Positions 31,287-41,168 of a stretch of 64,000 nucleotides of DNA are shown piece by piece. A program made the translations under genes and the position numbers. Every line of letters begins with the position of its first letter. Position 1 is the stretch's first letter. The DNA is from an uncultured Desulfatitalea sp. (lineage in GTDB: Bacteria > Desulfobacterota > Desulfobacteria > Desulfobacterales > Desulfosarcinaceae), in contig CAXXMB010000002.1 in NCBI GenBank assembly GCA_963668675.2, positions 384,001 to 448,000 on the forward strand, written 5' to 3'. The notes under the pieces were generated by a model. It had not been told where the DNA came from, did no database searches, and saw only the letters and a list, made by a program, of their open reading frames with translations.

Positions 31287-32588
31287 CTAAAGCCCACTAC
31301 CGCCGCATCGGGATATCGACGGAGGCCTGGCGAAAAGGACGGCCACCGCGGCCAGCACGCTCACGACGGCAAACAAGGTGAAGGCCAAATGGTAGCTGCC
31401 GGTGGCGTCGTAGATCCTCCCGGCAATGGCCGGCCCGATGGCCGCGCCGGCAGCCACGAACATCCCCATCAGCCCCGACACCACGCCAAAGGAGACCATC
31501 CCGAAACACTCGGCGGTGAGCAGCGACTGGGTCATGAGGATGCTGCCCATGGTCAGCCCGAAAATGAAGGTGCCCATGTAGAGCACCACTGCATGGGTGG
31601 AGTAGGCCAGGCCGAGAATCGCCACCCCCTGAAGGAGAAACAGGCCCACGGTCACATGACGCTTGTCCAGCGGATCGATGAACACGCCCAGGATCAGGCG
31701 GCCCGCAATGCTGGCCGCGGCCGTCAGGCTCACCGCAGTGGCCGCGCCGGCCAGCCCCAGGGATCGGGACAGAAAAGAGATCTGGTGGACCAGATAGGCC
31801 ACCTGGCAGATCATGGCCAGAAAAAAGGCCGAGACCAAAGCCCAGAAGGAGAGCGTGCGCATCGCCTGGCGGCGCGTCCATGTTGCTGTCTGGTGGTCAT
31901 GGCGCAGAGCGGCGGCCACAGTGTCGGTCGGCATGGACTGGGGCGGACGGCCGTCGGGATACTGGCCCACATCCGAAGGCCGCTGCTTAATGACAAAGAG
32001 GGCCGGTGGAACGATGCCCACGCAAAACACCCCCCCCAGAACCGGCAGGGCCGAGTAGAGCCCCCAGCGTGCGATGAGGAGCGTGGCCAGGGGCACCATG
32101 ACGATACCGCCGATGCTCAAGCCGCACATCACCAGGCTCATCACCCGGCCACGCCTGAGAATGAACCAGTTTACCAACAGGGCATTGATCGGAACCATCG
32201 AAGTGGAACTGTACCCGAACGCCATCAGCAGGTAGATGATGTACAGATGCCACAGGGCGGTAATGCGGCTCAGCAAGACGAAGGCCAGCCCCATGGTCAG
32301 GGCGCCGAGCACCATCAGGCGCCGGGGACCGAAGCGATCGATCTGGCGGCCGATGAGCATGCCTACGACACCATTGGAGAAAAAATAGAAGGTCATGGCC
32401 GTAGACACCGACCCCTTGGACCACCCGTGGGCGTGGCACAACGGGTCCAGCAGGACCCCCTGGCCGTAAAATCCCAGCCCGCTGGAGATGGTCAGGATCA
32501 GGATGCCGGCCAGGCCGATCCACCAACCGTAAAAGACCCCCTGGCCAGGCTGCCCGCTGTTAGGAGCAGCTGCGCGATCAATCCCCAT
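31287..32588 (-). CDS. MFS transporter
   Basis: FYGWWI, GRQIDRFGPR, WFILRRG, GRIYDATGSY; start uncertain. Confidence 0.88.
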   Translation of the reverse strand: MGIDRAAAPNSGQPGQGVFYGWWIGLAGILILTISSGLGFYGQGVLLDPLCHAHGWSKGSVSTAMTFYFFSNGVVGMLIGRQIDRFGPRRLMVLGALTMGLAFVLLSRITALWHLYIIYLLMAFGYSSTSMVPINALLVNWFILRRGRVMSLVMCGLSIGGIVMVPLATLLIARWGLYSALPVLGGVFCVGIVPPALFVIKQRPSDVGQYPDGRPPQSMPTDTVAAALRHDHQTATWTRRQAMRTLSFWALVSAFFLAMICQVAYLVHQISFLSRSLGLAGAATAVSLTAAASIAGRLILGVFIDPLDKRHVTVGLFLLQGVAILGLAYSTHAVVLYMGTFIFGLTMGSILMTQSLLTAECFGMVSFGVVSGLMGMFVAAGAAIGPAIAGRIYDATGSYHLAFTLFAVVSVLAAVAVLFARPPSISRCGGSGL

Positions 32589-32827
32589 AAGTGCAGTAAC
32601 CTTTGAAAGAGGTTGGATAACAGCCTCTGTGTGGTTGGTGTTGTCTGGATCCAGACCCTCGATGGCGACATATGTACACCCTTGGAGTGATACCCTTTTG
32701 CCCGCGTGCTGCGCAAGCACAAATCCGCTCTCTTGAATCCCTCCAAGAGAGGCTTAAATTCAGAACAGTTCTCTTTAAAGCCTAAGCAAGGTTTGTGTTC
32801 TGCATCAACCCTTATGCAGATAAACGA

Positions 32828-32950
32828 CTCCCCCCTTTTACAAAGGGGGGCCGGGGGGGATTTTGCTGGATTCGCAAAGCCTAAATTAATCGGTATTTCT
32901 CCTAACCCCTTACAATCCCCCTAAATCCCCCTTTGGAAAAGGGGGACTTT
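32828..32950. repeat. CCCCCTTT-n-AAAGGGGG palindromic repeat doublet
   Basis: Related copies at 37625-37653, 58786-58825 and 61556-61593. Confidence 0.7.
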
Positions 32951-33093
32951 TCTGCTGAATCGCCAACGCTTCGATGCAGGCCAAGCTTATCTGCATTCCG
33001 GCTGCTTGAGCATTCCAGATAACCGTGACATTCAATTTTATGGGTGTTCGCCCTGTAAAGACTTTAAGATGAGTATCTCGGAGCACGAAAAGA

Positions 33094-33567
33094 ATGCGCA
33101 TTGAGCATCAGCATACATGGATCAGCCTCTTCCTGGCGACAATCGTCGGGATGATCTATGCCACCTGGCTATGGGTGGGGACATATCCCCCTATTCCCTT
33201 ACCAAGCCGAGACCCGTCTCCCGGATTCGGCTGGAGTTGGGATTTTAATTACCAGCAAGCAATGCGAGAACCCGACTTAACCCCGGAGGCTGCCATCAAC
33301 CGCCAGTCCGGCCTCCGCCCGGGCGAACTGATCCTGCCCCTTGGTGAACCCGTTCCGGTTGAAAACTTGAACCTCATCTACCGAGGATTGGCCGGTTCAG
33401 GCAACCCTCAGGTGGATGTGGTCATCCCGGCCCTTGACCCCGGTTACGCTTATCCAAAGGAGTTGAGTCCAACCGAAACAGGCAATGTCATGAGCTTGTA
33501 CGGCCAGCGGTTTGAGATTATGGGGATCACGAATGCAGTGCTTCGCTTGAAACATCTATCGCAGTGA
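33094..33567 (+). CDS. Hypothetical protein with N-terminal TM helix
   Basis: 157-aa ORF filling the gap between genes. Confidence 0.55.
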   Translation: MRIEHQHTWISLFLATIVGMIYATWLWVGTYPPIPLPSRDPSPGFGWSWDFNYQQAMREPDLTPEAAINRQSGLRPGELILPLGEPVPVENLNLIYRGLAGSGNPQVDVVIPALDPGYAYPKELSPTETGNVMSLYGQRFEIMGITNAVLRLKHLSQ

Positions 33568-33616
33568 CATCAGCGCCCCGCTTTTCCACGTCCCGTAAGT
33601 CCGGGGGCGGCTTTCC

Positions 33617-35533
33617 TCAGCGTCTCTTTTTAAGAATCGGTTTGCTGTCCAGGCCATCCAGGATCTCAATCAGTCGGCGCTTGCGATGGTGCTCCTGCCT
33701 TAAGGTTTGCAGGTACATTTCCCATTCTGCCGTTTTCTTTTCCCTGTTCATCACCTTGGCGGCTTTTCGCAGGTATGTCGCCGCCCCCCGATAAGCACTG
33801 GGTTTGACTTGGGCGATCAGACTCTCCGCCATCCGTTTCCAGATGGCCACCGCCCGATCCGGGGCATAGGTTTCGACAGCCGCGGCAATAGAATTATCAT
33901 CCATGATAGAGATACCATAGCGGCTCTTGGGCTGCTGATCGTACCACCTCAGCACCTGGTCAGGCGCTTTCTCGAGAATGGCGATCTCGATCAGATCACC
34001 GATTAACGGAAATCGATTCCGCTGATCCGCCCCAGGCTGCTCCAGCCCGGATTCCGGCAGCGGCCAGCCCTTCTGTTGCCAGGGGAGTTCCCCCTTTTCA
34101 AGGTAGCTTAACAGATGACGGCGCACCTCTGCCCAAAGCTTGACCTTTTCAGCACTCTGTTTGCATTCCCTATAGCTGTTTTCGGAAGGACGGCGTACGA
34201 ACTCCTCGATTCGCATGGCCGCTACCACCGGCCAGTTCTTTTGACTCCTGCGAATCTCCTGGAGTTTGCTCCTCAGATGGGCCGCAATGCCGGACCACCT
34301 CTCTTTTGTGGCCTGAATGCCTTCCAGAATCCAAGACTCGGCATCGGCGTGACGGTTCTCCGCCATCAACATCCTGACCAGGCGCTCATAACTGGCTGTC
34401 GTACGGGCCTCGACCTCGCACAGAGGAACGATCTCATCTTTGCGGCCGGCATTCTCCAGCGCATGAATCGCCCAATTGCTGAGCTGATCGCGTTCATACC
34501 TCCAACTGAAACCGTCATCGCTCTTGTTTGATTTGAGCCCCTTTAAACGCCCGAGCAGCTGGTCTGCCAACACATTCCAAGCCGATTTGGAATGCTTTCG
34601 GCCCAAATAATCCGCAAACGCTTCACACAGGTCATATGAATCCCCAAGCACAACGTCCAAGGCCCAATTCAGCTTGTCAACAGCCGCCAGTGAGGATTTG
34701 TCCAGCGCCGTAATGATCACGGGCATGCAGGACCCAATTTCCATGGCTGTTTCGCCATCGTCGTCACTCATACCCACCTGCTCAGTGCCGACCGTGATCA
34801 ACTCTCGTCCCAGTGAAAGCACATCATCAATATGGCCCCCCTTGAGCAGTGTTTCCAATTTAGTTTGGATTCCGGAGTAGTCCGGCGTAAACCCCTCATC
34901 ACTCCAATGGCTTTGCCAGCCGGGTACATCCCCGATATCCCGGATTTCTCTTCGCAGGCGTGCCACCAGCGCCGTGGCGTTACCGGTGGTCAACTGCTGC
35001 CGGTCGGCAAGCTCCTGAGCCAGTTCAGGTAAAGCCTCGGCCAGTTCGTGGATCAGCTCGATAAGATGGGCCTTGGTTTTACCTTTCAGGAACGCATCGA
35101 TATCTCGCCTTAGCTCGTCCGTAATACCGGCCTCATCATCATCCGGATCGTCATCCCAGTCATCATCTTCCGGCTCCTCCAACAGCTCGATGCGTTCGTC
35201 ATCCGGTTTAACTTCGGGAATGCGTTTATTGCGCTCGATCTGCTGCAAGTACTCCAGCACCACTGCCACGCCATGCTTGCAATCCAGAGCATACGGACAG
35301 GTGCATTCGGATTCCAACAGATCGTCTGCATCCATCCTTACCCTGGTGGCATAACGCCTGGTCCCCGCCACCCAGGCAATCAGAGCGCCGTCGGCCGTTA
35401 TCGCCAGTTTGGAAACATGACCGTTGCGCTGATACGATTTACCCCGGGAAGCAATCTTTCCGCCGGCCCATAAGTTAATATCGTCCCAACTCAATTTTAA
35501 AAACTTGTTCGGTTGTGGTTTCTTTTTCGGCAT
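33617..35533 (-). CDS. SWIM zinc-finger protein with helical C-terminal region
   Basis: RGKSY, CTCPYALDCKH; AGGAGG RBS. Confidence 0.85.
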   Translation of the reverse strand: MPKKKPQPNKFLKLSWDDINLWAGGKIASRGKSYQRNGHVSKLAITADGALIAWVAGTRRYATRVRMDADDLLESECTCPYALDCKHGVAVVLEYLQQIERNKRIPEVKPDDERIELLEEPEDDDWDDDPDDDEAGITDELRRDIDAFLKGKTKAHLIELIHELAEALPELAQELADRQQLTTGNATALVARLRREIRDIGDVPGWQSHWSDEGFTPDYSGIQTKLETLLKGGHIDDVLSLGRELITVGTEQVGMSDDDGETAMEIGSCMPVIITALDKSSLAAVDKLNWALDVVLGDSYDLCEAFADYLGRKHSKSAWNVLADQLLGRLKGLKSNKSDDGFSWRYERDQLSNWAIHALENAGRKDEIVPLCEVEARTTASYERLVRMLMAENRHADAESWILEGIQATKERWSGIAAHLRSKLQEIRRSQKNWPVVAAMRIEEFVRRPSENSYRECKQSAEKVKLWAEVRRHLLSYLEKGELPWQQKGWPLPESGLEQPGADQRNRFPLIGDLIEIAILEKAPDQVLRWYDQQPKSRYGISIMDDNSIAAAVETYAPDRAVAIWKRMAESLIAQVKPSAYRGAATYLRKAAKVMNREKKTAEWEMYLQTLRQEHHRKRRLIEILDGLDSKPILKKRR

Positions 35534-35543
35534 GGTTCGCCTC

Positions 35544-35627
35544 CTAATTGACTTGCCTGGATGCTTTGAAAAAGTGACGGGAAACGGCCGGATTTGAAAA
35601 CTGCTCATTCAGTTGCGCGATGTTCAT
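35544..35627 (-). CDS. 27-aa ORF or gene remnant immediately upstream of the SWIM gene
   Basis: Strong GAGGAGGT RBS; its TAG overlaps the RBS of the SWIM gene. Confidence 0.4.
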   Translation of the reverse strand: MNIAQLNEQFSNPAVSRHFFKASRQVN

Positions 35628-35657
35628 TTGACCTCCTCAATTGTGGGTTTTGAGGAG

Positions 35658-35691
35658 ATCTTAACGCATCACTGTGACAGATACGGTCACA
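35658..35691 (-). promoter_or_regulatory. Promoter motif TGTCAC-N10-TAAGAT within palindrome TGTGAC-N7-GTCACA
   Basis: 20/23 identical to 58017-58039. Confidence 0.6.
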
Positions 35692-35921
35692 ACGGCTTTA
35701 TTTTTTCAGATAGGCCCGTAATAAAATGTGCTTTTTAAAAGATCGGCACAGTAATTAGAGGACGATATCCGATAGCCCCAAACCCGCCGAAACCCCCCGC
35801 AGACAGAACACGCCAAGCGAGGATTCCAATAATGGCTCTATGTTGATGGCCACGCCAATAATCTTCTTGCCTTGGCACAGACGGCGGAGACGCAGTCGAT
35901 GATATTGAGTCAGCGAGGATT

Positions 35922-36030
35922 TATTGCTGCGTATCTCTTTTCAGCTTCTTCAACAGTGCAGCAACTCGGTCATTTCGTCTTGAATGATGCTCCAGAGCGT
36001 GTCGTTGTCGATACCAAGATAGCCGTGGTT
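35922..36030 (-). pseudogene. C-terminal remnant of a DUF86/HepT (HEPN) toxin
   Basis: Translates HGYLGIDNDTLWSIIQDEMTELL, typical of the DUF86 C-terminus. Confidence 0.6.
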
Positions 36031-36034
36031 TTAT

Positions 36035-37324
36035 TCACCCCTTTTTCGCCACTATCAATAACCCCTTGACCTCATCTCCGGACTGCTTCCTGATCGTGGA
36101 TTCGGTTGCGCGAACCGATTCCATCCCATGGTCCCTCAGGCAATTCTCGATGTACGTCTGTGAATGGGCATAACGCCCGCTCGGAAAGAGTCGGTAACCG
36201 GTGCGGTTGTCTTCCAGCTTTTCCACCGAAAAAGCAACGATCCCTCCAGGAACAAGAAATGACGATGCCGATCGAAGGATCGGATCCAGATTCCCGAAAT
36301 AGACAAACACGTCCGAGCTGTAGATGAGATCAAACGGACGGGAGAACGGCCATTCCTGAAGGATGTCACAGGCGATGAGACCGTCATAGGTGTTTTTCTC
36401 CGAAGCCTTCCTGAGCATCTTTAACGACACATCGATACCGAGAAGTAATTTTGCATACGACCGATAGAATTGTGACCCCAGACCGGTGCCGCAGCCCAGG
36501 TCCAGTGCCGCCATCTCTTTGCCCAGATAGGGCCGCACAAGATTGAAAAGCAGTTCAGGGGTTTTGTACTCCAGGTCTTTCACCAAGGTTTTTTCAAAAA
36601 TCCCGGCACACTGATCAAAGATCCTGCGTACGTGCCGTGCCGGGACAGCATCGGGCGTCGCCGATCTCCCCAGGCTCTGAAGCATGAATTTTGCCGCCTC
36701 GTCATCCGGGTTGATCGCCAGCACCTTGTTGTAATGGTCCTCAGCCTCCGAAAATCGCCCAAGCTTTTGCAAAGAGACCCCGAGATTGAAGTGGGCGGAC
36801 GCATAATCAGGCTGAAGCTCAATGGCCTTCTGGTAGGACGTTGCGGCATTTTCGATCAAGTGGAACTCATCCTGCGCCACACCCAGGTTGTTCCAGGCCT
36901 CTGCCAGGTCAGGTGCGAACGCCACGGCCCTGCGAAAACAGGAGATCGCTTCATCCGGCTCCCCGATTTCCCGGTATGCCACCCCTAAATTGTTCCATAC
37001 CAGACCCAATCGGGGCTGCTGATCGACGATGGCCCTGTAAATAGCGATGGCGCCCGTGTGGTCATTCTCCACCTGCTTGAGCCGACCCAGATTATAGCAT
37101 GCCGACAAATCGGGAGGCTTCAGACTGGCCGCTTTTTCAAAGAACGCCCTGGCCTTATCCGGTTTGGACCGGTCTAAAAAAAGGGTTCCCAGGGCATTCA
37201 GCACCGGCCCTGAATCGGGCGCTTCTTTCAATATATCCAGATAGGCTTTTTCCGCCTCTGCAAACCGGCCCTCCTTGAGGGCCAAAGTCGCTTTCTGATA
37301 GATGCATTCGATATCGGTTTTCAT
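36035..37324 (-). CDS. TPR-repeat protein with C-terminal SAM methyltransferase
   Basis: NNLG TPR repeats; LDLGCGTG, DVFVYFG, GRYAH. Confidence 0.9.
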   Translation of the reverse strand: MKTDIECIYQKATLALKEGRFAEAEKAYLDILKEAPDSGPVLNALGTLFLDRSKPDKARAFFEKAASLKPPDLSACYNLGRLKQVENDHTGAIAIYRAIVDQQPRLGLVWNNLGVAYREIGEPDEAISCFRRAVAFAPDLAEAWNNLGVAQDEFHLIENAATSYQKAIELQPDYASAHFNLGVSLQKLGRFSEAEDHYNKVLAINPDDEAAKFMLQSLGRSATPDAVPARHVRRIFDQCAGIFEKTLVKDLEYKTPELLFNLVRPYLGKEMAALDLGCGTGLGSQFYRSYAKLLLGIDVSLKMLRKASEKNTYDGLIACDILQEWPFSRPFDLIYSSDVFVYFGNLDPILRSASSFLVPGGIVAFSVEKLEDNRTGYRLFPSGRYAHSQTYIENCLRDHGMESVRATESTIRKQSGDEVKGLLIVAKKG

Positions 37325-37674
37325 CTCTTTTTAAATGATTGTATTGTTTTTGTGAGCGGATCAAGCTTCGCATTTATTGACCATGTACTGCCTTTTGAAT
37401 CCAAAGCACATCTTCCTCCGACAGGTCCGGTGCCTTTAAATGCTCCTTGGCTGCTGCCGCGAATGTTAAAAACAAGGGATACCATGCCCAATCTATCTGC
37501 AAATATCAATAAAACACGGGGTAACTGGCGGCGGTCAACTATCTGGAGAACCCCTTGTTTGGTGTCGTACAAGCCGATTACCATGTGTTGGGCTTCCCAT
37601 GAATAGATGAGAACGTTAAGCTCCTCCCTTTTCTAAAGGGGGCTGGGGGGATTGTATCACGCACAAATCAGGCA

Positions 37675-38403
37675 TTATTCCATCGCCACTCCGAACAGTT
37701 GCACGCAGCACAACTTGCCCATGCCCGACGACGTCGGGCTGATAGCACATCCGGCGCCGGATTGGATGGGGTATTTGGAAAGAATGTTCTGGCGGTGCCC
37801 CTCGGAGGCCATCCATTCATCCATCAGCGAAACGGCAAAGGAGCGGTAGGTGTGATGGGCGATGGGCGGGCCATCGGGGGTGGTGCTGAAACCGCCGCCG
37901 TTTTCCCTCGGCACCCTGTAAAGCGGGGCCCCAGACTGGTAATGGATGTCGAAATGAGTGGCGATGTTTTCAGAGATGAACATGGGGTTGAACCCAACCG
38001 AAAGCACTCGTTCTTTGGGTGTCCTCAAATCGGCCCGACCGGGATTGACGTGATCGAAAAATTGATCCCGGACCATGCTTACGGCATGGAGAAGGGCCGC
38101 CCGGTCCAGGCGGGCATCGTGCCGTAAAGGGCTTCTGCCGGCCTGCTGTCGCCGCACATTGGCCTCATGAAAAAGCGTCGCCGCCAGCAGGGTCTGGTCC
38201 ATGCGCCGCGAATCCAGGCGCTGTTCGGCCACCCCCAACCCCTGGAATTCTCCGGCCGACAATTCGAACAATTGTGATGGCTTCCGGGGCTTGACCGTGG
38301 CGGGCCTGGCCGGCGGCGATGGGGGTTGATAAGCACAGGCCGTTAAACCGATGACGACCAATCCCACCATAATTGTGAATGATTTTTTCAATGACAGCGA
38401 CAT
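37675..38403 (-). CDS. CAP (SCP) domain lipoprotein
   Basis: LTAC lipobox; N..R, H..SM, FFDH, ENI, WMASEGHRQNIL. Confidence 0.88.
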   Translation of the reverse strand: MSLSLKKSFTIMVGLVVIGLTACAYQPPSPPARPATVKPRKPSQLFELSAGEFQGLGVAEQRLDSRRMDQTLLAATLFHEANVRRQQAGRSPLRHDARLDRAALLHAVSMVRDQFFDHVNPGRADLRTPKERVLSVGFNPMFISENIATHFDIHYQSGAPLYRVPRENGGGFSTTPDGPPIAHHTYRSFAVSLMDEWMASEGHRQNILSKYPIQSGAGCAISPTSSGMGKLCCVQLFGVAME

Positions 38404-38635
38404 GGGCTTCTCTTATTCGGGTAAAGGCTTGCAGCACTCTATAAGATAACTGCGTCAGCGGCAATCTGAAAGACACCCAAATCCAGACCGGTACATCAGA
38501 TCACAAAATGGTTATGAACCATCCCATCCGACCTTGTCATGCTTGGCCAAATCCTGAATGGTTGTCAACATGCCGATAGCCGTGAATACCAAATCCGTGA
38601 TAGAGCATAGATTGAAACCTGTAGCGAGGGCGAAT

Positions 38636-39607
38636 ATGAAGACTTTTCAGCAAGAGTGCCTGCAGATCGTTTCAGAAGTTCAGCAATTACTTTCAGAGAA
38701 CCCCGAATGGGTTGATCGGTATGCCGGTTATGCAAATGCCATCGAGACCAACCTTGATAGAATCATATCCATGAAGAAAAGGTTTAATGAATGGTCTCCA
38801 CTCTATTTGTATACAAACCTCTCGAAAGCCAAAGGGGATATGAGTTTCAGCCTGCGCTATCAGGGACAAGAGGTGGCCACATTGAAAGCCGGCTCAAAAC
38901 AGATCAGAATCTCAACGAAAACGTTCGATGAAAAAAATCAGAGAGATTTTCAATGCGACCCACTGAGCGATACGGACTGGAGATCAGCAGAGGCAACAAA
39001 ATTCAGACAACATTTTTCAACTTTCCCAAAGAGAACCAATAAATCCGGTAAAAAGAATGAAGAACATAGAATCGAAAGCACGCTATTATCTGAGTTTTCA
39101 AAGCGCCGCAGCGAAAATAAGATATTGACCAATATCCAGCCTGTGAAAATAGCCGGTATCGCAAGATTTCAAATGCCGACACCGATCAGCGGCAGTCATA
39201 TCCGCCAGTTGAAATATTCAGGTGGTTCCGGTGGCGGTATTGACATCCTGTCCCGCATAGGAGCCGGAAATGCCACGAAGCTTTGTATCATGGAAGTAAA
39301 AGACGAAAACGTAACCAAAGAACCCCCAATCAAGGCAATCAAACAGGCACTGGCCTACGCGACCTTTATCCGTGAGCTATTGAAAAGCAGAAGCGGCGAA
39401 CAGTGGTGGAAATTATTCGGGTTTAACAGAAAGCGGCCGGATTCCTTAGACTTGGGGGTTGCCTGCGTGATGCCTTCGAATCAGAACGATGACACATCCT
39501 TTGGGGGAATGAAAATCGAGGCTGAAAAAGATATCTTTTCTTTGCATTATCTCTACTTCGAAGAGAAAGAGTGCCGGATCAAAGATATCAAGTCGTCCTT
39601 ATCATAA
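38636..39607 (+). CDS. Uncharacterised PD-(D/E)XK nuclease-like protein
   Basis: E(EHRIES)...GIDIL...IMEVKD...KQALAY (QxxxY). Confidence 0.65.
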   Translation: MKTFQQECLQIVSEVQQLLSENPEWVDRYAGYANAIETNLDRIISMKKRFNEWSPLYLYTNLSKAKGDMSFSLRYQGQEVATLKAGSKQIRISTKTFDEKNQRDFQCDPLSDTDWRSAEATKFRQHFSTFPKRTNKSGKKNEEHRIESTLLSEFSKRRSENKILTNIQPVKIAGIARFQMPTPISGSHIRQLKYSGGSGGGIDILSRIGAGNATKLCIMEVKDENVTKEPPIKAIKQALAYATFIRELLKSRSGEQWWKLFGFNRKRPDSLDLGVACVMPSNQNDDTSFGGMKIEAEKDIFSLHYLYFEEKECRIKDIKSSLS

Positions 39608-39621
39608 GACTGGAAATCACC

Positions 39622-40863
39622 ATGCAACTGATCATCCACCGGGGGACCAGGGAAATAGGCGGCACTGTTATTGAGCTGCGCACGAATCGAACCAGGCTTC
39701 TGGTCGATATCGGCCAACCCCTCAACACAAATAGCGCACCGGTTGATGTTTCCACCCTGAAACCTGATGCCGCCCTGATCAGCCATCCCCATCAGGACCA
39801 TTACGGCCTGATCGATCAGCTCGATCCTTCAGTGCCGGTCTACATGGGAGCGTTGAGCAAACAGCTGATTTCAGCCACCCGCATATTTCTGCACCAAAAG
39901 CTTCCCGATCACGACATGAACCATTTTGAAAAATGGCGACCGTTCACCATCGGGGATATGACCATCACCCCCTATCTAATGGACCACTCGGCTACGGACG
40001 CCTACGCATTCCTGATCGAAGCCGAAGGCAAACGCATCTTTTACAGCGGTGATTTCCGTGCCAGCGGTAACAAAGCATTTTTATTCAACAGGCTGCTGCA
40101 GGATCCTCCCCGAAACGTCGATCTGCTGCTGCTTGAAGGCACGATGATGCGGCGCAGCAGTGATCAATTCCCTGACGAAGCCTCGGTGCGTCGCAAAATC
40201 GAAGCCATATTAAAAGATCAGGAAAATATCGCTTTCCTGATCGCATCCTCCCAGAATATCGATCGCCTGGTTTCCGCCACACACGCATGCGAGCGCACAG
40301 AAAAAATCCTGGTGATCGATATCTATACCGCCTGGGTGCTCGAGTTGGTCAGCCAAATCTCCACCAGAGTTGCCACCATGGAACACGATCAAGTCAACGT
40401 GTACGCCGACCACAGCATGGACCAGTGTGTGAAGAACAATCCCGGCATCTTTGGCAATTTCCGCAAACGACTTTACCGGCAACGGGTGACCAAAGAAAAA
40501 CTAAATGCCGACCCAGCCGGCTATCTCTGCTATTCTAAAATGTCCCGTTTCAGAACCATGGACTTATATAAACGATACGGCCCGATCAATTTGATCTATT
40601 CCCAATGGTTGGGCTACCTGAATCTGAAAAACGATACGTACTTCGGCGCCGAACAGGTTGCCGCCTTCCAAGCCGATCCCCAAGTTAATTTCACCTATGC
40701 CCATACTACGGGACACGCTACAGTGGAAACGCTTGCTCAGTTAGAAAGGTGCCTACAGCCCGGCCTCACAGTCCCGGTACATACCGAATATCCCCAGGAC
40801 TACTCAAAGTACTTTTCGCGGGTGACGCCCCTGAAGGATGGCGAACCATTCGAGTTGCTTTGA
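39622..40863 (+). CDS. MBL-fold metallo-hydrolase, RNase J/beta-CASP-like
   Basis: EIGG, SHPHQDHYG, DHS, YSGDFR, EGT, HTTGHA, PVHTE. Confidence 0.88.
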   Translation: MQLIIHRGTREIGGTVIELRTNRTRLLVDIGQPLNTNSAPVDVSTLKPDAALISHPHQDHYGLIDQLDPSVPVYMGALSKQLISATRIFLHQKLPDHDMNHFEKWRPFTIGDMTITPYLMDHSATDAYAFLIEAEGKRIFYSGDFRASGNKAFLFNRLLQDPPRNVDLLLLEGTMMRRSSDQFPDEASVRRKIEAILKDQENIAFLIASSQNIDRLVSATHACERTEKILVIDIYTAWVLELVSQISTRVATMEHDQVNVYADHSMDQCVKNNPGIFGNFRKRLYRQRVTKEKLNADPAGYLCYSKMSRFRTMDLYKRYGPINLIYSQWLGYLNLKNDTYFGAEQVAAFQADPQVNFTYAHTTGHATVETLAQLERCLQPGLTVPVHTEYPQDYSKYFSRVTPLKDGEPFELL

Positions 40864-41168
40864 TAAGGGAGGTGGCGTATCCATCGGTTGCTTGTTTCAC
40901 GGCAATTAACCAACCAAAAAAATGGAAAGAACACATACACCATGAGCCAAGCAGTGTATGTCTACAAGTTCAAATAATATCGACCCTATATACTTAGACT
41001 GAGAAAAGCACAAAATCATGACTGTCCCCATTTTCCCCAATGAAAGGAAATAGATAAATTATCAAGTAGGCTCTTGGCAGTTGGCACAAACGGGCCTCAA
41101 AGGGATGGGAATGCCTTCTTTTCAGACTTGCTGTTTAGTAGCCTATAGGTGTGTATTTTTTCTCAAAC

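Noticed and set aside
31275..32606. 443-aa plus-strand ORF
   Set aside because: Antisense to the MFS transporter
35673..35691. CRP/FNR site
   Set aside because: TGTGA-TCACA spacer is 9 nt rather than 6; better explained by the shared promoter motif
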